Origin: an uncultured Actinomycetota bacterium
GTDB lineage: Bacteria; Actinomycetota; Actinomycetes; Mycobacteriales; Mycobacteriaceae
DNA length: 64,000 nucleotides
Direction of reading: 5' to 3'
NCBI GenBank assembly: GCA_963815995.1
Contig: CAWFIR010000007.1
Location: 75,064 to 139,063 of the forward strand
Made by a program: the position numbers and the translations under genes. This document shows, one piece after another, positions 22,347 through 33,465 of this stretch. The first letter of the stretch is position 1, and each line of letters opens with the position of its first letter. Below the pieces are notes generated by a model. The model searched no databases and was not told the DNA's origin. It worked only from the letters and a program-made list of their open reading frames with translations.

Positions 22347-23594
22347 GTGGCCGTGGTGCCAGCTCGTGCCGCCGAAGGGCGAACCGCTACGAGTAGGCCC
22401 TGGACTCCCCGAATCGCCGTGCAGCTGGCCGTGCTGGCCGCGGCGGCCTTCACCTACGTCACCGCCGAGCTGCTGCCGGTCGGCGCACTCCCCGCGATCG
22501 CTCGTGACCTCCACGTCAGCGTCCCGATGGTCGGCACGTTGCTGGCCTGGTACGCCCTGGTGGCAGCCGTCACGACCATCCCGCTGGTCCGCTGGACCGC
22601 ACTCTGGCCGCGACGCCGCGCGCTGCTGCTGTCCTTGACCTGCCTGACCGCATCCCAGCTCATCTCCGCGCTGGCGCCCAACTTCGTGGTGTTGGCCTGC
22701 GGCCGGGCCCTGTCGGCAGTCACCCACGGCCTGATCCTGTCGGTCATCGCGCCGATCGCCACTCGGCTGGTTCCGGCCAGCCACTCCGGGCGCGCGACTA
22801 CGAGCATTTACGTCGGCATCAGCCTGGCCGTGGTGGTGGGCAGCCCGGCCACGGCGGCGATCAGCCTGGAGTGGAACTGGCGCGTGGCCGTCGCGGCGGT
22901 GACCGTGCTGGCCGCGCTGGTGACCGTGGTGGCCTGGCTCGTGCTGCCGGTGATGGCCTTGACCGATGGGCAGCGGGCAGTCGTCAGCCGGGGTGCACAC
23001 CATTACCGCAATCGGCGACTGGTCATCGTCAGCTTGCTGACGATGATCGCGGTCACCGGGCACTACATGTCCTACACCTTCTTCGCGGTGATCGTCCGCG
23101 ACGTGGTGGGGGTGCGGGGACCCGACATCGCCTGGCTACTGGCGACCTACGGGATCGCGGGCCTGTTGGCGATCCCGCTGGTGGCCCGACCGATGGACCA
23201 CCGGCCGAGGGCCGCGACCATCAGCTGCATGGCCGCGCTGTATGTGACGTTTCTGGTGCTGACCGCGCTGGCGTTGCACCGGCTGTCCCCGACAGCGACG
23301 GCGTTGGTCGGGGTCATCGCGATCGCGTTGTGGGGCGGCACCGCCAACGCGGTGTCGCCGATGCTGCAATCCGCGGCGATGCGCGCCGGCGCCGACGATC
23401 CGGACGGCGCGTCCGGGCTGTACATGGCGGCGTTTCAAGTCGGCATCATGGCCGGATCGTTCGCCGGCGGGTTGTTCTACGAGCACGGCATGCTGATGAT
23501 GTTGGCCGCCTCCGCGGCCTTGATCGGTCTCGGAGCCCTCGGAATGACCATCGAGCGGCAGCTCTTCGACGTCCCCACCGAGGATCGACTGTAA
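22347..23594 (+). CDS. MFS transporter (Rv0191 ortholog)
   Basis: About 12 TM helices, AAFTYVTAELLPVGALPAIA (AraJ/DHA1-like). Confidence 0.9.
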   Translation: MAVVPARAAEGRTATSRPWTPRIAVQLAVLAAAAFTYVTAELLPVGALPAIARDLHVSVPMVGTLLAWYALVAAVTTIPLVRWTALWPRRRALLLSLTCLTASQLISALAPNFVVLACGRALSAVTHGLILSVIAPIATRLVPASHSGRATTSIYVGISLAVVVGSPATAAISLEWNWRVAVAAVTVLAALVTVVAWLVLPVMALTDGQRAVVSRGAHHYRNRRLVIVSLLTMIAVTGHYMSYTFFAVIVRDVVGVRGPDIAWLLATYGIAGLLAIPLVARPMDHRPRAATISCMAALYVTFLVLTALALHRLSPTATALVGVIAIALWGGTANAVSPMLQSAAMRAGADDPDGASGLYMAAFQVGIMAGSFAGGLFYEHGMLMMLAASAALIGLGALGMTIERQLFDVPTEDRL

Positions 23595-23720
23595 AAGGTA
23601 AATCAGCAGGTCAGCGAGCTGGCTGACACCCGTTTTCGCGGCGGGCGGCGACCGCTGGATTAATAGCTGGGCGCTGCGCTGCTGCATACTGGGTTGAGAT
23701 CGTGACTTGGAGGGATACAA

Positions 23721-24773
23721 ATGGCGCGTTGGACCACGGGTCCTCTGGCCGCTGCGTGCAGTGCAGTGGGAGTGACCGCTGCGCTTGTGTTGGGCAGCGG
23801 TTTGGCGCTCGCCGACCCGGAGCCGCCGCCCCCGCCCGCGCCGGCAGTGGACGCCCCGGCTCCGCCGCCACCCGGCGACCCGGCGCCGCCGCTGCCGCCT
23901 GCCGACCCGCTGGCGGTGCCGCCGCCCAACCCGGCCGCACCTGCGCCGCCCCCGGGTGACCCCTTGGCACCGGCGCCGGCTGTGCCGCCGGGCGCCCCGG
24001 CCACCCCGGCCGCCGCGCCGGCGGGACCCGTCGTCGGCCAGAACCCAGAGCCGTTCACCGGCTCGCCGCCGTTCGTGCCGCCGACCTTCAATCCGGTCAA
24101 CGGCTCAACGGTCGGCGTGGGCGAGCCGATCATCATCAACTTCGCCCGCCCGATCGCCGACCAGCGGATGGCCGAACAGGCGATCCACGTCTCGTCGACC
24201 CCGCCGGTGTCCGGCAAGTTCTACTGGCTGACCTCCAGCCAGGTGCGCTGGCGTCCGCTCAGCTTCTGGCCCGCGCACACCGCGGTGCACGTCGACGCGG
24301 CCGGCACCCAGGAGAACTTCGTCACCGGTGACTCGCTGATCGCCACCGCCGACGATGCGACCCACCAGCTGATCGTCAGCCGCAACGGGACGGTCGAGCA
24401 GACCTTCCCGATGTCGATGGGCATGGCTGCGGGCGGTCACCAGACGCCTAACGGCACCTACTACGTGCTCGACAAGAAGGCCAAGGTCGTGATGGATTCG
24501 TCCACCTACGGTGTGCCGGTCAACTCGACATACGGGTACAAGGTGAACGTCGAGGACGCCGTGCAGTTCGACAACAGCGGTGACTACGTGCACAGCGCGC
24601 CGTGGTCGGTGGCCGACCAGGGCAAGCGCGACGTCAGCCACGGCTGCATCAACATCAGCCCGACGAACGCGAAATGGTTCTTCACCAACTTCGGTGCCGG
24701 CGATCCTGTCGTCGTCAAGAACTCCGTCGGGACCTACAGCAAGAACGACGGCTCCAACGACTGGCAGCTGTAG
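23721..24773 (+). CDS. L,D-transpeptidase (Rv0192 ortholog)
   Basis: Signal peptide, Pro/Ala-rich linker, Ig-like domain and the catalytic motif HSAPWS...SHGCIN; GGAGG RBS. Confidence 0.92.
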   Translation: MARWTTGPLAAACSAVGVTAALVLGSGLALADPEPPPPPAPAVDAPAPPPPGDPAPPLPPADPLAVPPPNPAAPAPPPGDPLAPAPAVPPGAPATPAAAPAGPVVGQNPEPFTGSPPFVPPTFNPVNGSTVGVGEPIIINFARPIADQRMAEQAIHVSSTPPVSGKFYWLTSSQVRWRPLSFWPAHTAVHVDAAGTQENFVTGDSLIATADDATHQLIVSRNGTVEQTFPMSMGMAAGGHQTPNGTYYVLDKKAKVVMDSSTYGVPVNSTYGYKVNVEDAVQFDNSGDYVHSAPWSVADQGKRDVSHGCINISPTNAKWFFTNFGAGDPVVVKNSVGTYSKNDGSNDWQL

Positions 24774-24782
24774 GCGAGTCGC

Positions 24783-26768
24783 CTAGTTCCAGATCCTGAC
24801 CCTGCGTTGCGGATCCAGGAACAACTCGTCCTCCGCGGTGACTTCGAAGGCGTCGTAGAAGACGTCGATGTTGCGGATGACGCCGTTGCAGCGGAACTCC
24901 GGCGGCGAGTGCGGGTCGATGGCCAGCCGCCGAATCGCCTCGGCGTCACGGGATTTGGTGCGCCACACCTGTGCCCAGCCGAAGAACACCCGCTGCACAC
25001 CGGTCAGCCCGTCGATGACCGGCGCCTCCTTGCCGCCGAGTGAGAGCTGGTAGGCGAGCAGCGCGATGGACAGCCCGCCCAGGTCGCCGATGTTCTCCCC
25101 GACGGTGAACGCGCCGTTGACGTGGTGGCCGTTCTCCAGCCCGCGGGGAGTGTAGACGGCATATTGCTCGATCAAAGCCTTTGTGCGAAGACCGAATTCG
25201 GCGCGGTCGTCATCGGTCCACCAGTCGACCAGGTTGCCGTCGCCGTCGTACTTGGCACCCTGGTCGTCGAAACCGTGGCCGATCTCGTGGCCGATGACCG
25301 CCCCGATACCGCCGTAATTGGCCGCGTCGTCGGCCTCGGCGTCGAAGAACGGCGGCTGCAGGATCGCGGCCGGGAAGACGACCTCGTTCATGCCCGGGTT
25401 GTAGTACGCGTTGACGGTCTGCGGCGTCATGAACCACTCGTCGCGGTCGACCGGGCCGCCGAGCTTGGCCAGCTCCCGGTCGTACTCCAGCGCGTAGCCG
25501 CGCTGGTAGTTGCCGTACAGGTCGTCGCGGGCGATGACGAGCGTCGAGTAGTCGCGCCACTTCGCGGGGTAGCCGATCTTCGGAGTGAACTTGTCGAGCT
25601 TCTCCAGCGCCCGCTGCCGGGTCGCCGGCGTCATCCACTCCAGGTCGGTGATGCTGACCCGGTAGGCCTCGCGCAGGTTGGCCACCAGCTCGTCCATCCG
25701 GGCCTTGGCGTCCGGCGGGAAGTGCCGCTCGACGTAGAGCCGGCCGACGGCGTCGCCCATCAGGTTCTCGACCAGCGCGACGCCGCGCTTCCAGCGGTCG
25801 CGCAACTCCTCGGTGCCCGACAGCGTGCGCCCGTAGAACGCGAAGTTCTCGTCGACGATGACGTCGGTCAGCATCGACGCGCGCCCGCTGATCACCCGCC
25901 AGCGCAGCCAGCGCTTCCAGTCCTCGAGGTCCTCGCTGTCCCACAGCGCGGCGAACGCGGTCAGCGCGTCGGGCTGGCGAACGACCACCTCGGCGGCCTG
26001 CGCGCTGGACGCGCCCAGCGCGTGCAGCCACACGGCCCAGTCGAAACCGATTGCCTCCGAGCTCAATTCGTCGAACGTGCGCAGATTGTAGGTCAGGTCG
26101 GCGTCGCGCCGCTTCACCACATCCCAGTGCGCGGCCGCGATCTTGGTTTCCAGTGCGACGATCTGCGCGGCGGTCGCGTCCCAGTCGGCTTCCTGCTCGC
26201 CGTAGACGAGCGCGAACATCCGCGCGATGTGCTTCGGGTACTCGGCGAGGATCGCCGCGTGCTGCGGGTCGCGGTAATACGACTCGTCGGGCAGCCCGAG
26301 GCCTGACTGCGACATGTGCAGCAGGTAGCGGGTGGAGTCCTTCGAGTCGGTGTCGACGTACACCCCGGTGCCACCTCCGATGCCGGTGCGCTGCAGCTCG
26401 CCGAGCTCGGCCGCCAGCTGGGTGGGCGTCAGCGCGGCGTCGACGCCGGCGAGCTCATCGAGCAACGGGCGGACACCCAGGCCCGCGATGGTCTCGGTGT
26501 CCATGAAGCTGGCGTACAGGTCGCCGATGCGCTGCGGGTCGGTGCCCTCGGCGGCGTTCGCCGCGGCGGCGTCGGTGATGATGTCGTGCACCTGCTCCTC
26601 GGCGCGGTCGGCGAGCAGCCGAAAGGCGCCGTCGGTGGCGCGGTCGGCGGGCATCCGATGGTCCGCCAGCCAGCGGCCGTTGACGTGACCGAACAGGTCG
26701 TCTTGAGGGCGGGCACCAGCGTCGACATAGCTCAGGTCGATGCCCGAGCGGATAGCTTCTACCGTCAC
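24783..26768 (-). CDS. zmp1: M13 zinc metalloprotease Zmp1 (Rv0198c ortholog)
   Basis: VNAYY, HEIGHGFDDQG and GENIGDLGG neprilysin motifs; GTG start at 26768. Confidence 0.95.
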   Translation of the reverse strand: MTVEAIRSGIDLSYVDAGARPQDDLFGHVNGRWLADHRMPADRATDGAFRLLADRAEEQVHDIITDAAAANAAEGTDPQRIGDLYASFMDTETIAGLGVRPLLDELAGVDAALTPTQLAAELGELQRTGIGGGTGVYVDTDSKDSTRYLLHMSQSGLGLPDESYYRDPQHAAILAEYPKHIARMFALVYGEQEADWDATAAQIVALETKIAAAHWDVVKRRDADLTYNLRTFDELSSEAIGFDWAVWLHALGASSAQAAEVVVRQPDALTAFAALWDSEDLEDWKRWLRWRVISGRASMLTDVIVDENFAFYGRTLSGTEELRDRWKRGVALVENLMGDAVGRLYVERHFPPDAKARMDELVANLREAYRVSITDLEWMTPATRQRALEKLDKFTPKIGYPAKWRDYSTLVIARDDLYGNYQRGYALEYDRELAKLGGPVDRDEWFMTPQTVNAYYNPGMNEVVFPAAILQPPFFDAEADDAANYGGIGAVIGHEIGHGFDDQGAKYDGDGNLVDWWTDDDRAEFGLRTKALIEQYAVYTPRGLENGHHVNGAFTVGENIGDLGGLSIALLAYQLSLGGKEAPVIDGLTGVQRVFFGWAQVWRTKSRDAEAIRRLAIDPHSPPEFRCNGVIRNIDVFYDAFEVTAEDELFLDPQRRVRIWN

Positions 26769-26918
26769 GCCACCATTGTTACCAGGCCACCGCTGCTGCC
26801 TGGCTAATCCCTGGCCGGTTACCATCCAGCCGACGAGTTTGCGCGTGCGCACATATCGGTATGCACTGGTTCAATTCCATTACGCGCGCAGTGTCTGACG
26901 AGCGCCACTCGGCTGAGA

Positions 26919-27881
26919 ATGAGGAGCGAGCACGTGAAGCTTGCCGGCTGCCCAGTCTTTCCCGAGGAAGCGGCAAACGCCCTGAGCACGGACCGCGGTT
27001 TGGGTTGGTGCCTGGCGCGACAGGCCGGCCCAGTGTTGCGACATCCAGCGGCAACCGGGATGTTTGCAAACTTCGTCTTTGTGGTCGGGCGGGAGGAGGT
27101 GTTAGCGAATCTGGACGATGCAAGCTTGGATCGCGCCCGTGCTCTTCCAGAAAGCGATCTCGAGGTTCACGAACAGCTATTCGCGCCGAAATCAGCTCAC
27201 GACGTTGCGGCGGTGTTCCGTCCGACCGCCGCCGCGCTGATCGATCGTTTCGCCGAAGCTGGTGGCGGTGACGCGGTGGCCGATGTGACCACGCCGATGG
27301 CTGACGCCCTTTTCGACAGCGTGTCGCGCCTGCAGCTATTGCCTGTTGAGCACCTGAATGGGCGGTCCGGCCATGTCCTGTCCGAGGCGTGCCGCAACCT
27401 GTTCAAACACGCCGGATGGCACCTACTCGAGTTGGCACGCAACCCCGAATTGTGCGACGTGCTTCGACGTCAGCCTGAGCTCGTACGCGAGTTCATCGAA
27501 GAGATCCTCAGGTTGGAGCCGATGGTGCCGAGTTGCCAGCGTTTTACCACGCAGCCGACGACCGTCGGTGAGGTAGAGCTACCGGCCGACGTGGTGCTGA
27601 ACTTGTGTATCGGTGCTGTGCAGCGGGACGGCAGCGACCCCATGTCCACTGATGATCTTGTGATTGGCGTTAGGGCACACCGGCATTGGACGTTGGGTGC
27701 GGGGTCGATGCGCTGCCGGGGCGGGCACATCGTCCGGCAGGTGTTACGCGTGCTGGTTGAGGAGTGGCTCGACCGGGCCGGGCATCTTGAGCTGGTCCCC
27801 GGTTTTCGGCCGGCGACCGAGTTCCCAGCGACCCAGAGTGTGCTGTGGCTGCCGGAGCTGCCGCTAGTGACGAGGGCTTAG
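26919..27881 (+). CDS. Short, atypical cytochrome P450-like protein
   Basis: EEILR (ExxR) and heme-ligand-like LGAGSMRCRG motifs; only 320 aa. Confidence 0.7.
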   Translation: MRSEHVKLAGCPVFPEEAANALSTDRGLGWCLARQAGPVLRHPAATGMFANFVFVVGREEVLANLDDASLDRARALPESDLEVHEQLFAPKSAHDVAAVFRPTAAALIDRFAEAGGGDAVADVTTPMADALFDSVSRLQLLPVEHLNGRSGHVLSEACRNLFKHAGWHLLELARNPELCDVLRRQPELVREFIEEILRLEPMVPSCQRFTTQPTTVGEVELPADVVLNLCIGAVQRDGSDPMSTDDLVIGVRAHRHWTLGAGSMRCRGGHIVRQVLRVLVEEWLDRAGHLELVPGFRPATEFPATQSVLWLPELPLVTRA

Positions 27882-27932
27882 CACTGATCCACCTTGCGGG
27901 GGCTGCATCGTCGTCCGGCTAGGCTCACGGCC

Positions 27933-28553
27933 ATGCCCGACGAGGAGCAGGCCGAGCCGACCGACGACCGCGCCGATGAGTCGCCATCCGACGAGTCCGC
28001 CGGCCGGGTCTTCTCGCCCTACGGCGTCGCCTCGGCGGTGCTGGGTGCGCTGTGCGTGGCCGCCGTCGCACTGGGCGTGGTGATCTGGAGCTCCCACCGC
28101 AGCGACGTCGACGAGCGCAGCTACCAGAGCCGGGCGATGCAGGCCGCGGCCGAGTGGACGGGCGTGCTGATCAACATGAACACCGACAACATCAAGGAAA
28201 GCCTGCAGCGGCTGCACGACGGGACCGTCGGGCAACTGAACGCCGACTTCGACTCGTCGATTCAGCCCTACCAGCAAGTGGTGCAGCGGCTGCAGTCGCG
28301 CAGCCGCGGTGAGGTCGAGGCGGTGGCGTTCGAGTCCGTGCACCACGACCTGGACGCCCAGCCCGGCCGCCCCGCGCCGGCTGAGCAATTGCCGGCCTCG
28401 ATCGCCCGCCGCACCGACACGGTCATGGTGGTGGCCACCTCGGTCAGCGAAAACGCCGGTGGCAAGCCGCAAACCGTGCACTGGAACCTGCGGCTGGGGA
28501 TCTCCGACGTCGACGGCAAGCTGATGATCTCCCGGCTGGAGTCGATCCGATGA
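27933..28553 (+). CDS. omamA: Orphaned Mce-associated membrane protein (Rv0199 ortholog)
   Basis: Acidic N-terminus, TM helix, WTGVLINMN...LHDGTVGQL and KLMISRLESIR end. Confidence 0.87.
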   Translation: MPDEEQAEPTDDRADESPSDESAGRVFSPYGVASAVLGALCVAAVALGVVIWSSHRSDVDERSYQSRAMQAAAEWTGVLINMNTDNIKESLQRLHDGTVGQLNADFDSSIQPYQQVVQRLQSRSRGEVEAVAFESVHHDLDAQPGRPAPAEQLPASIARRTDTVMVVATSVSENAGGKPQTVHWNLRLGISDVDGKLMISRLESIR

Positions 28554-29239
28554 GGAACGCCTGGCGGGTACTGGCATTCGACGTCGCGGCACCGCTGGCC
28601 GCGATCGCCGCACTGCTGGCGATCGGCGTGGTGCTGGCGTGGCCGGCGTGGTGGGTGTCGTTGTGTTCGGTGCTGGTGCTGCTGATCGTCGAAGGCGTTG
28701 CGGTGAATATCTTTCTGCTGCGCCGTGATTCGGTGACACTGGGTACCGACGACGACGCACCCGCGTTGCGCCTCGCCGTCGTCGCGCTGTGCACGGCGGC
28801 GTTGGTCGCGGCCGTGTTCACCGGCTACCGGCACTGGACGACGCCGGACCACGACCTGAAGGTCGACACGGCCGAGGTGGTGCGCATCGCCACCAGCATG
28901 GCCGAGGCGACGGCGACGTTCTCCCCGCAAGAGCCGATGGCCGCCATCGACCGGGCGGTGGCCATGATGGTCCCCGAGCAGGGCAATGCATTCAGGGACC
29001 AATTCGGTAAGGCCACAGGGGATCTGGCACAGCGCAACGTCACCGCAACCGCGTCGACGATGGAGGCCGGCCTCGAGGCGCTCGGACCCAATGCCGCCAG
29101 CGTGGCGGTGATCATCCGGGCCACCCAGAATGAGCCGGGTCAACCGGCCGGCAATGCGGTGCTGGCACTGCGTGTGACGCTCACCAAGCAGCAGGGCCAT
29201 TGGCTGGTGCTCGGCGTATCGCCGCTCAATCCTCGCTGA
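28550..29239 (+). CDS. omamB: Mce-associated membrane protein (Rv0200 ortholog)
   Basis: MRNAWRVLAFDVAAPL start, three TM helices and a Mam domain; ATGA overlap. Confidence 0.82.
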   Translation: MRNAWRVLAFDVAAPLAAIAALLAIGVVLAWPAWWVSLCSVLVLLIVEGVAVNIFLLRRDSVTLGTDDDAPALRLAVVALCTAALVAAVFTGYRHWTTPDHDLKVDTAEVVRIATSMAEATATFSPQEPMAAIDRAVAMMVPEQGNAFRDQFGKATGDLAQRNVTATASTMEAGLEALGPNAASVAVIIRATQNEPGQPAGNAVLALRVTLTKQQGHWLVLGVSPLNPR

Positions 29240-29245
29240 TAAACC

Positions 29246-29665
29246 TCAGCGCAGCCGGGCGTGCTCGACCATCAGGCAACGGTCCATCACGACCTGCATG
29301 CCGGCCGCGTCGGCATCGCGCCCGACGTCCTCATGCCACAAACCTTCTTGCAGCCACAGGGTTTTCGGGCGCTGCTCCAAGGCGAGTATGTCGGCCAGAA
29401 CCGATGGCAAATCGTCGAAACGCCGGAACACGTCGACCATATCGGGTACCACCGGCAAGTCGGCCAACCGCGAATACACCTGTGCACCATCGATTTCGGT
29501 GATGGTCGGGTTCACCGGATAGACCTGGAACTGGCCGGTTGCCAACAGATACGAGTAGATCTCGTTGCTGGGCCGGGTCGGTTTGTCCGATGCACCGACC
29601 ACCGCGATGGAGCGGGTCTCAGCCAGAATCCGCCGCAGCGTCAGATCGTCGGGGCGACCGATCAT
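29246..29665 (-). CDS. CoA-binding protein (YccU-like)
   Basis: IAVVGAS...YPVNP...DMVDVFR...WLQEG...MDRC pattern. Confidence 0.9.
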   Translation of the reverse strand: MIGRPDDLTLRRILAETRSIAVVGASDKPTRPSNEIYSYLLATGQFQVYPVNPTITEIDGAQVYSRLADLPVVPDMVDVFRRFDDLPSVLADILALEQRPKTLWLQEGLWHEDVGRDADAAGMQVVMDRCLMVEHARLR

Positions 29666-29668
29666 CTC

Positions 29669-30208
29669 CTAGCCGCGCGGCGGCCGCGGACGGGCACGCT
29701 GGGGCGACGGCTGCTGTGGCGGCTCGTGCGACCGGGCCTTGGCAAAGCGGTCCGACAGCCGGCGCATCCGGATCATCAACGACGCCGACGGGCTGGTCGT
29801 GGCATCGAGGTAGGCACCCAACTCGTCGGCGGGTACGCCGATCCGGGATGCGAACTCGGGCAGCTTCAGCCCCGACCGCTCGATCAGGACACCGACGTGG
29901 CGGGCCACCTCGGTGCGCTCGTTGGCTTCCAGGTGTGCGCGGGCGCGGTCGAGCACTTCCGCGAGGGCTTTGGAGATGCCGTAGGGCCGTGACGTCTCCA
30001 GCACTTCTTCGACCTGTCGGGCGGTGCGCCCGAACGGGTCGCGTTTGATCGCGACCGCGATCTGCTTCCAGGTGGCGATGTCGCCGCCTTCGAGCGCTGA
30101 GCGGATTGCCGAAGTCGGCCAGAACTCGACCGGGCGATCGCCGTTACGAGGACGCGCTGGAGGACGGTGCGGCGCCTGTCCATGGCGTCGATCCGCTGCC
30201 AACGTCAC
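29669..30208 (-). CDS. XRE-type HTH protein (Rv0201c ortholog)
   Basis: C-terminal HTH (SGLKLPEFASRIGVPADELGAYL); GTG start overlaps the mmpL11 stop. Confidence 0.85.
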   Translation of the reverse strand: MTLAADRRHGQAPHRPPARPRNGDRPVEFWPTSAIRSALEGGDIATWKQIAVAIKRDPFGRTARQVEEVLETSRPYGISKALAEVLDRARAHLEANERTEVARHVGVLIERSGLKLPEFASRIGVPADELGAYLDATTSPSASLMIRMRRLSDRFAKARSHEPPQQPSPQRARPRPPRG

Positions 30209-33202
30209 CTCGCCTCCTCCAGCATCGCCACCGCTACCGAAAGGCAGCGCTGTTTGACGCCTTCCCAGTCTGCCTTCGTATCGGACTCCGGCCAACCGTC
30301 GTTATCCAGATCCGACGGCTGCGGGTCAGCAAGGCGACGGACCAACTGGCTGGCGATCCATTGTCGCCGGGGTGATTGACCAGAGTAATACCTGTCCATA
30401 CCGGCCAGCACGACTGCGGCGGTCTCGGCGTCCATCGTGTCGACCAGCTCAGCAAATTCGGCGTAGTCCCGGCTGCTGTTGCGGCTCATGATCAGATATC
30501 CCTTGAGCCGCAGCGTCTCGGCGCCGGTCGGGACCTGCAGCCGGTCGCCGGTAGGCAGCTGCACGTGGGTGGTCTCCAGCGGGCTGCTCCGCTCGAAGTG
30601 CGGCTGATCGGGCTCAGTGTCGGCTTGCAACGCATCGAGGGCAACCGAGAGCCGGCCACGCCACAGGGTGACCGGGTGAACCGGCCGCACGGCACGCGGT
30701 GCGGCGCGGCCGGTGTCCGTTGCGATGCGACAAGCCGCCGACGAACTTCTGCGCGGCCGATTGGCCGCTGGTGGCACTGCTCCCCGGCGGCGTCCCGATC
30801 ACCGCCAACTGGCGGGTGGCGGAGCTGGCGACGTAGTCGCTGTCCTTGACCCGTGCGTGGACATCGCTGCTACGTCCGCATCCGATGAAGGCCAGCGGAT
30901 CGGCGACGGTGATCGCGTCGGGCACCAGGTTCTTCAGCCGCGCCGCGGACTTGAGCACGATCCGCAGATCGGCGCTCGGCACGGCGGGTGCCGAGATGTC
31001 GTCGGGGATCATCACGATGTCGCCGAGATCGACTGCGGGCAAGGGCTTTTCGAAGTCGACCGACGGCAGGATGCGCTCCAGCCAGGCAGGCAGCCACCAG
31101 TTCCACTCGGCGAACATCGCCATCAGGGCGGGCACCATCACCAGTCGTACCACGGTGGCGTCCACTGCGATCGCGACCGCGCACGCCACCCCGATCTCGG
31201 CCACCAGTGGCATGCCGGCGAACGCGAAGCCGATGAACACCGCGATCATGATCAGCGCGGCGCTGGTGATGGTGCGCGCGCTGGTGCTTACGCCGTAGGA
31301 CACCGCGTCGTGGGTATTGCCCGACTGCAGGAAGCGTTCCCGGATGCGGGTCAGCAGGAAGATCTCGTAGTCCATCGACAAGCCGAACGTCATGGCCAGC
31401 ACCAGCGGCGGAACTGTGCTGTCGATGGAGGTGATCGGGGCAAAGCCAAGCTTTTCCAGCCACCCCCACTGAAAGACCATCACCAAGCTGCCGTAGGCCG
31501 CGGCCACCGACAGCATCGTCATCACCACGCCCTTGAGCGCCAGGAACACCGACTGAATGGAGAGCAGCAGCATCACGAACGCGATCAGCGCGACGAAGAC
31601 CAAAACCAGCCACTGGGTGCGGGACACCTGATCGTCGAAGTCTTTGATCAGCGCGGTCGGTCCACCGACACTCACCTGCGCCGAACCGGTGGCGGACTCG
31701 GGAAGATGGCTGCGCAGCCAGGTGATGGTGTTGCGGGCGGCAAGATCCTCGGGGTCCACCGACAGCACCGCCGACAGCATGGCGCTGCTGTTGTTGTCGG
31801 CGAATACCGCTGGCGCTACCGAGGTGATGTTGGGGGACTGGCTTATCTGCTTGCTGATATCGGCGATCGTCTGAGCGTGCGTGGCCGAGGAAGCGTCGCC
31901 GTTGGGGAAGGTCACCAGCACCTGCACCGGGCCGAGCGCGCCGGGGCCCAGCGCCTCGGACGCCGCCGACACCCCGGCCCGGATCTCGTGTGACGAGTTG
32001 AATTGGCGAAGGAGGCTGTTGCCCAACACCATTGACAGCGCCGGCACCGCCATCGCGAGCAGTAACGCCGATGCCGTCAGCGCCGACACCCACGGCCGGC
32101 GCATCACGCCGCCGATCCAGTGCGTCCAGAACCGTGACTGCGTGGTTTCGGGGCGCCGCGACAAGTGCAACGCCGCCGACCTCTTGGCCGCCGACCGGCC
32201 GAACGTTGCAAGCACCGCCGGAGTCATGGTCGTCGCCGTCAGCATCGCCACGGCCACCGCGAGAATCGCGCCGGTGGCCATGGACGCCAGCGCCGGGGTG
32301 TCGATCAGGTAGATACCGGTCAACGACGCGACGACGGTCATCCCGGACAGCGCGACCGCCAAGCCCGACGTCGCCATCGCGGCGTCGATCGCCTCCTGGG
32401 GTTGGCGGCCGGCACGCAGCTCCTCGCGGAAGCGCATCAGGATGAACAGCGAATAGTCGACCGCCAGCGCGATACCGAACATCGACACCGTCGAGGTGAC
32501 GAAGACCGACATCGTGGTGTAGGCCGACAGCAGATAGACCAGGCCCATCGTGATCGCGACGGTGCAGATACCCAGCGCCAGCGGAATCGCGGCGGCGGCC
32601 AGCGAGCCGAATACCGCCAGCAACACGATCAGGATGATCGGAAAGTTCCACTGCTCGGCTTTGGCGATGTCGTGTTTGGTGTTGGCCGCCGCGGCCGTGC
32701 TGAGCGCACCCTGGCCGATGACGTACAGCCGCACCCGGCCATCCGCCATCTGCCCCGGCCGTTCGCCCTGGACGCCGATCTTGAGCCGCAGCTTCTTGGC
32801 GGCGTCGCTGGCGCTGGCGTTGTTGGTGGAATCGAGCCGTAGCGACACCACGTACGGCCGGTCGGGCTGCGGTGAACGTTGCGCCGGATTGGCCACCACC
32901 GCCACATCGGTCATCTGCTTGGCGACCTGCTGTAGAAACCCGGCGGCGGCATTCATGTCTTCGTAGCTGGCGTCCGCGCGCGGCGCCGCCACCAGCGCCA
33001 ACGGCGAGGTGCCCTGGTCGGGGTAGTGCGCCTCGAGTTGGTCGTGGACTCGCAGCGACTGAGAGCCGGGCACGTCGAAACCGCCACCGGTGAGGTGACC
33101 CGACTGGGTCATCACCAGGTAGATCGCGGGTAGTAGCGCGAGCAACCAGCCCGCGAAGACCAGCCAGCGGAACCTGCGCAGGTTGCTGCTCAAGCGCATC
33201 AT
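30205..33202 (-). pseudogene. mmpL11: RND transporter MmpL11, frameshift near 30720 separating the C-terminal cytoplasmic domain
   Basis: MMRLSSNLRRFRW start; GIALAVDYSLF and FGLSMDYEIFLL TM motifs. The C-terminal HPVTLWRGRLSVALDAL...AMLEEAR lies in the adjacent frame. Confidence 0.9.
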
Positions 33203-33465
33203 GAAGTGCTGGATTTCGGTCTCCCCGCATTAGCGTTGCGTGTCCGCGAGCCTACCGCAGCAACGTATGTGGTCGATGCTGCTTAGGGCTCGCTGAGCTG
33301 CAACAACTCGGCACCGATTCGAGTTGTGCACAGGTGTGACGAGATTCCCGACCGCTGAGTTGGCGACGGCGCCGGAACGGATGGCAGGATGGCCAGCGAG
33401 TGTCGGCATTGCGCCGCCAGCTGTCTGCGAGGCGAACCTGTCCTTGCCAGCCACGAGGAGCTTTT

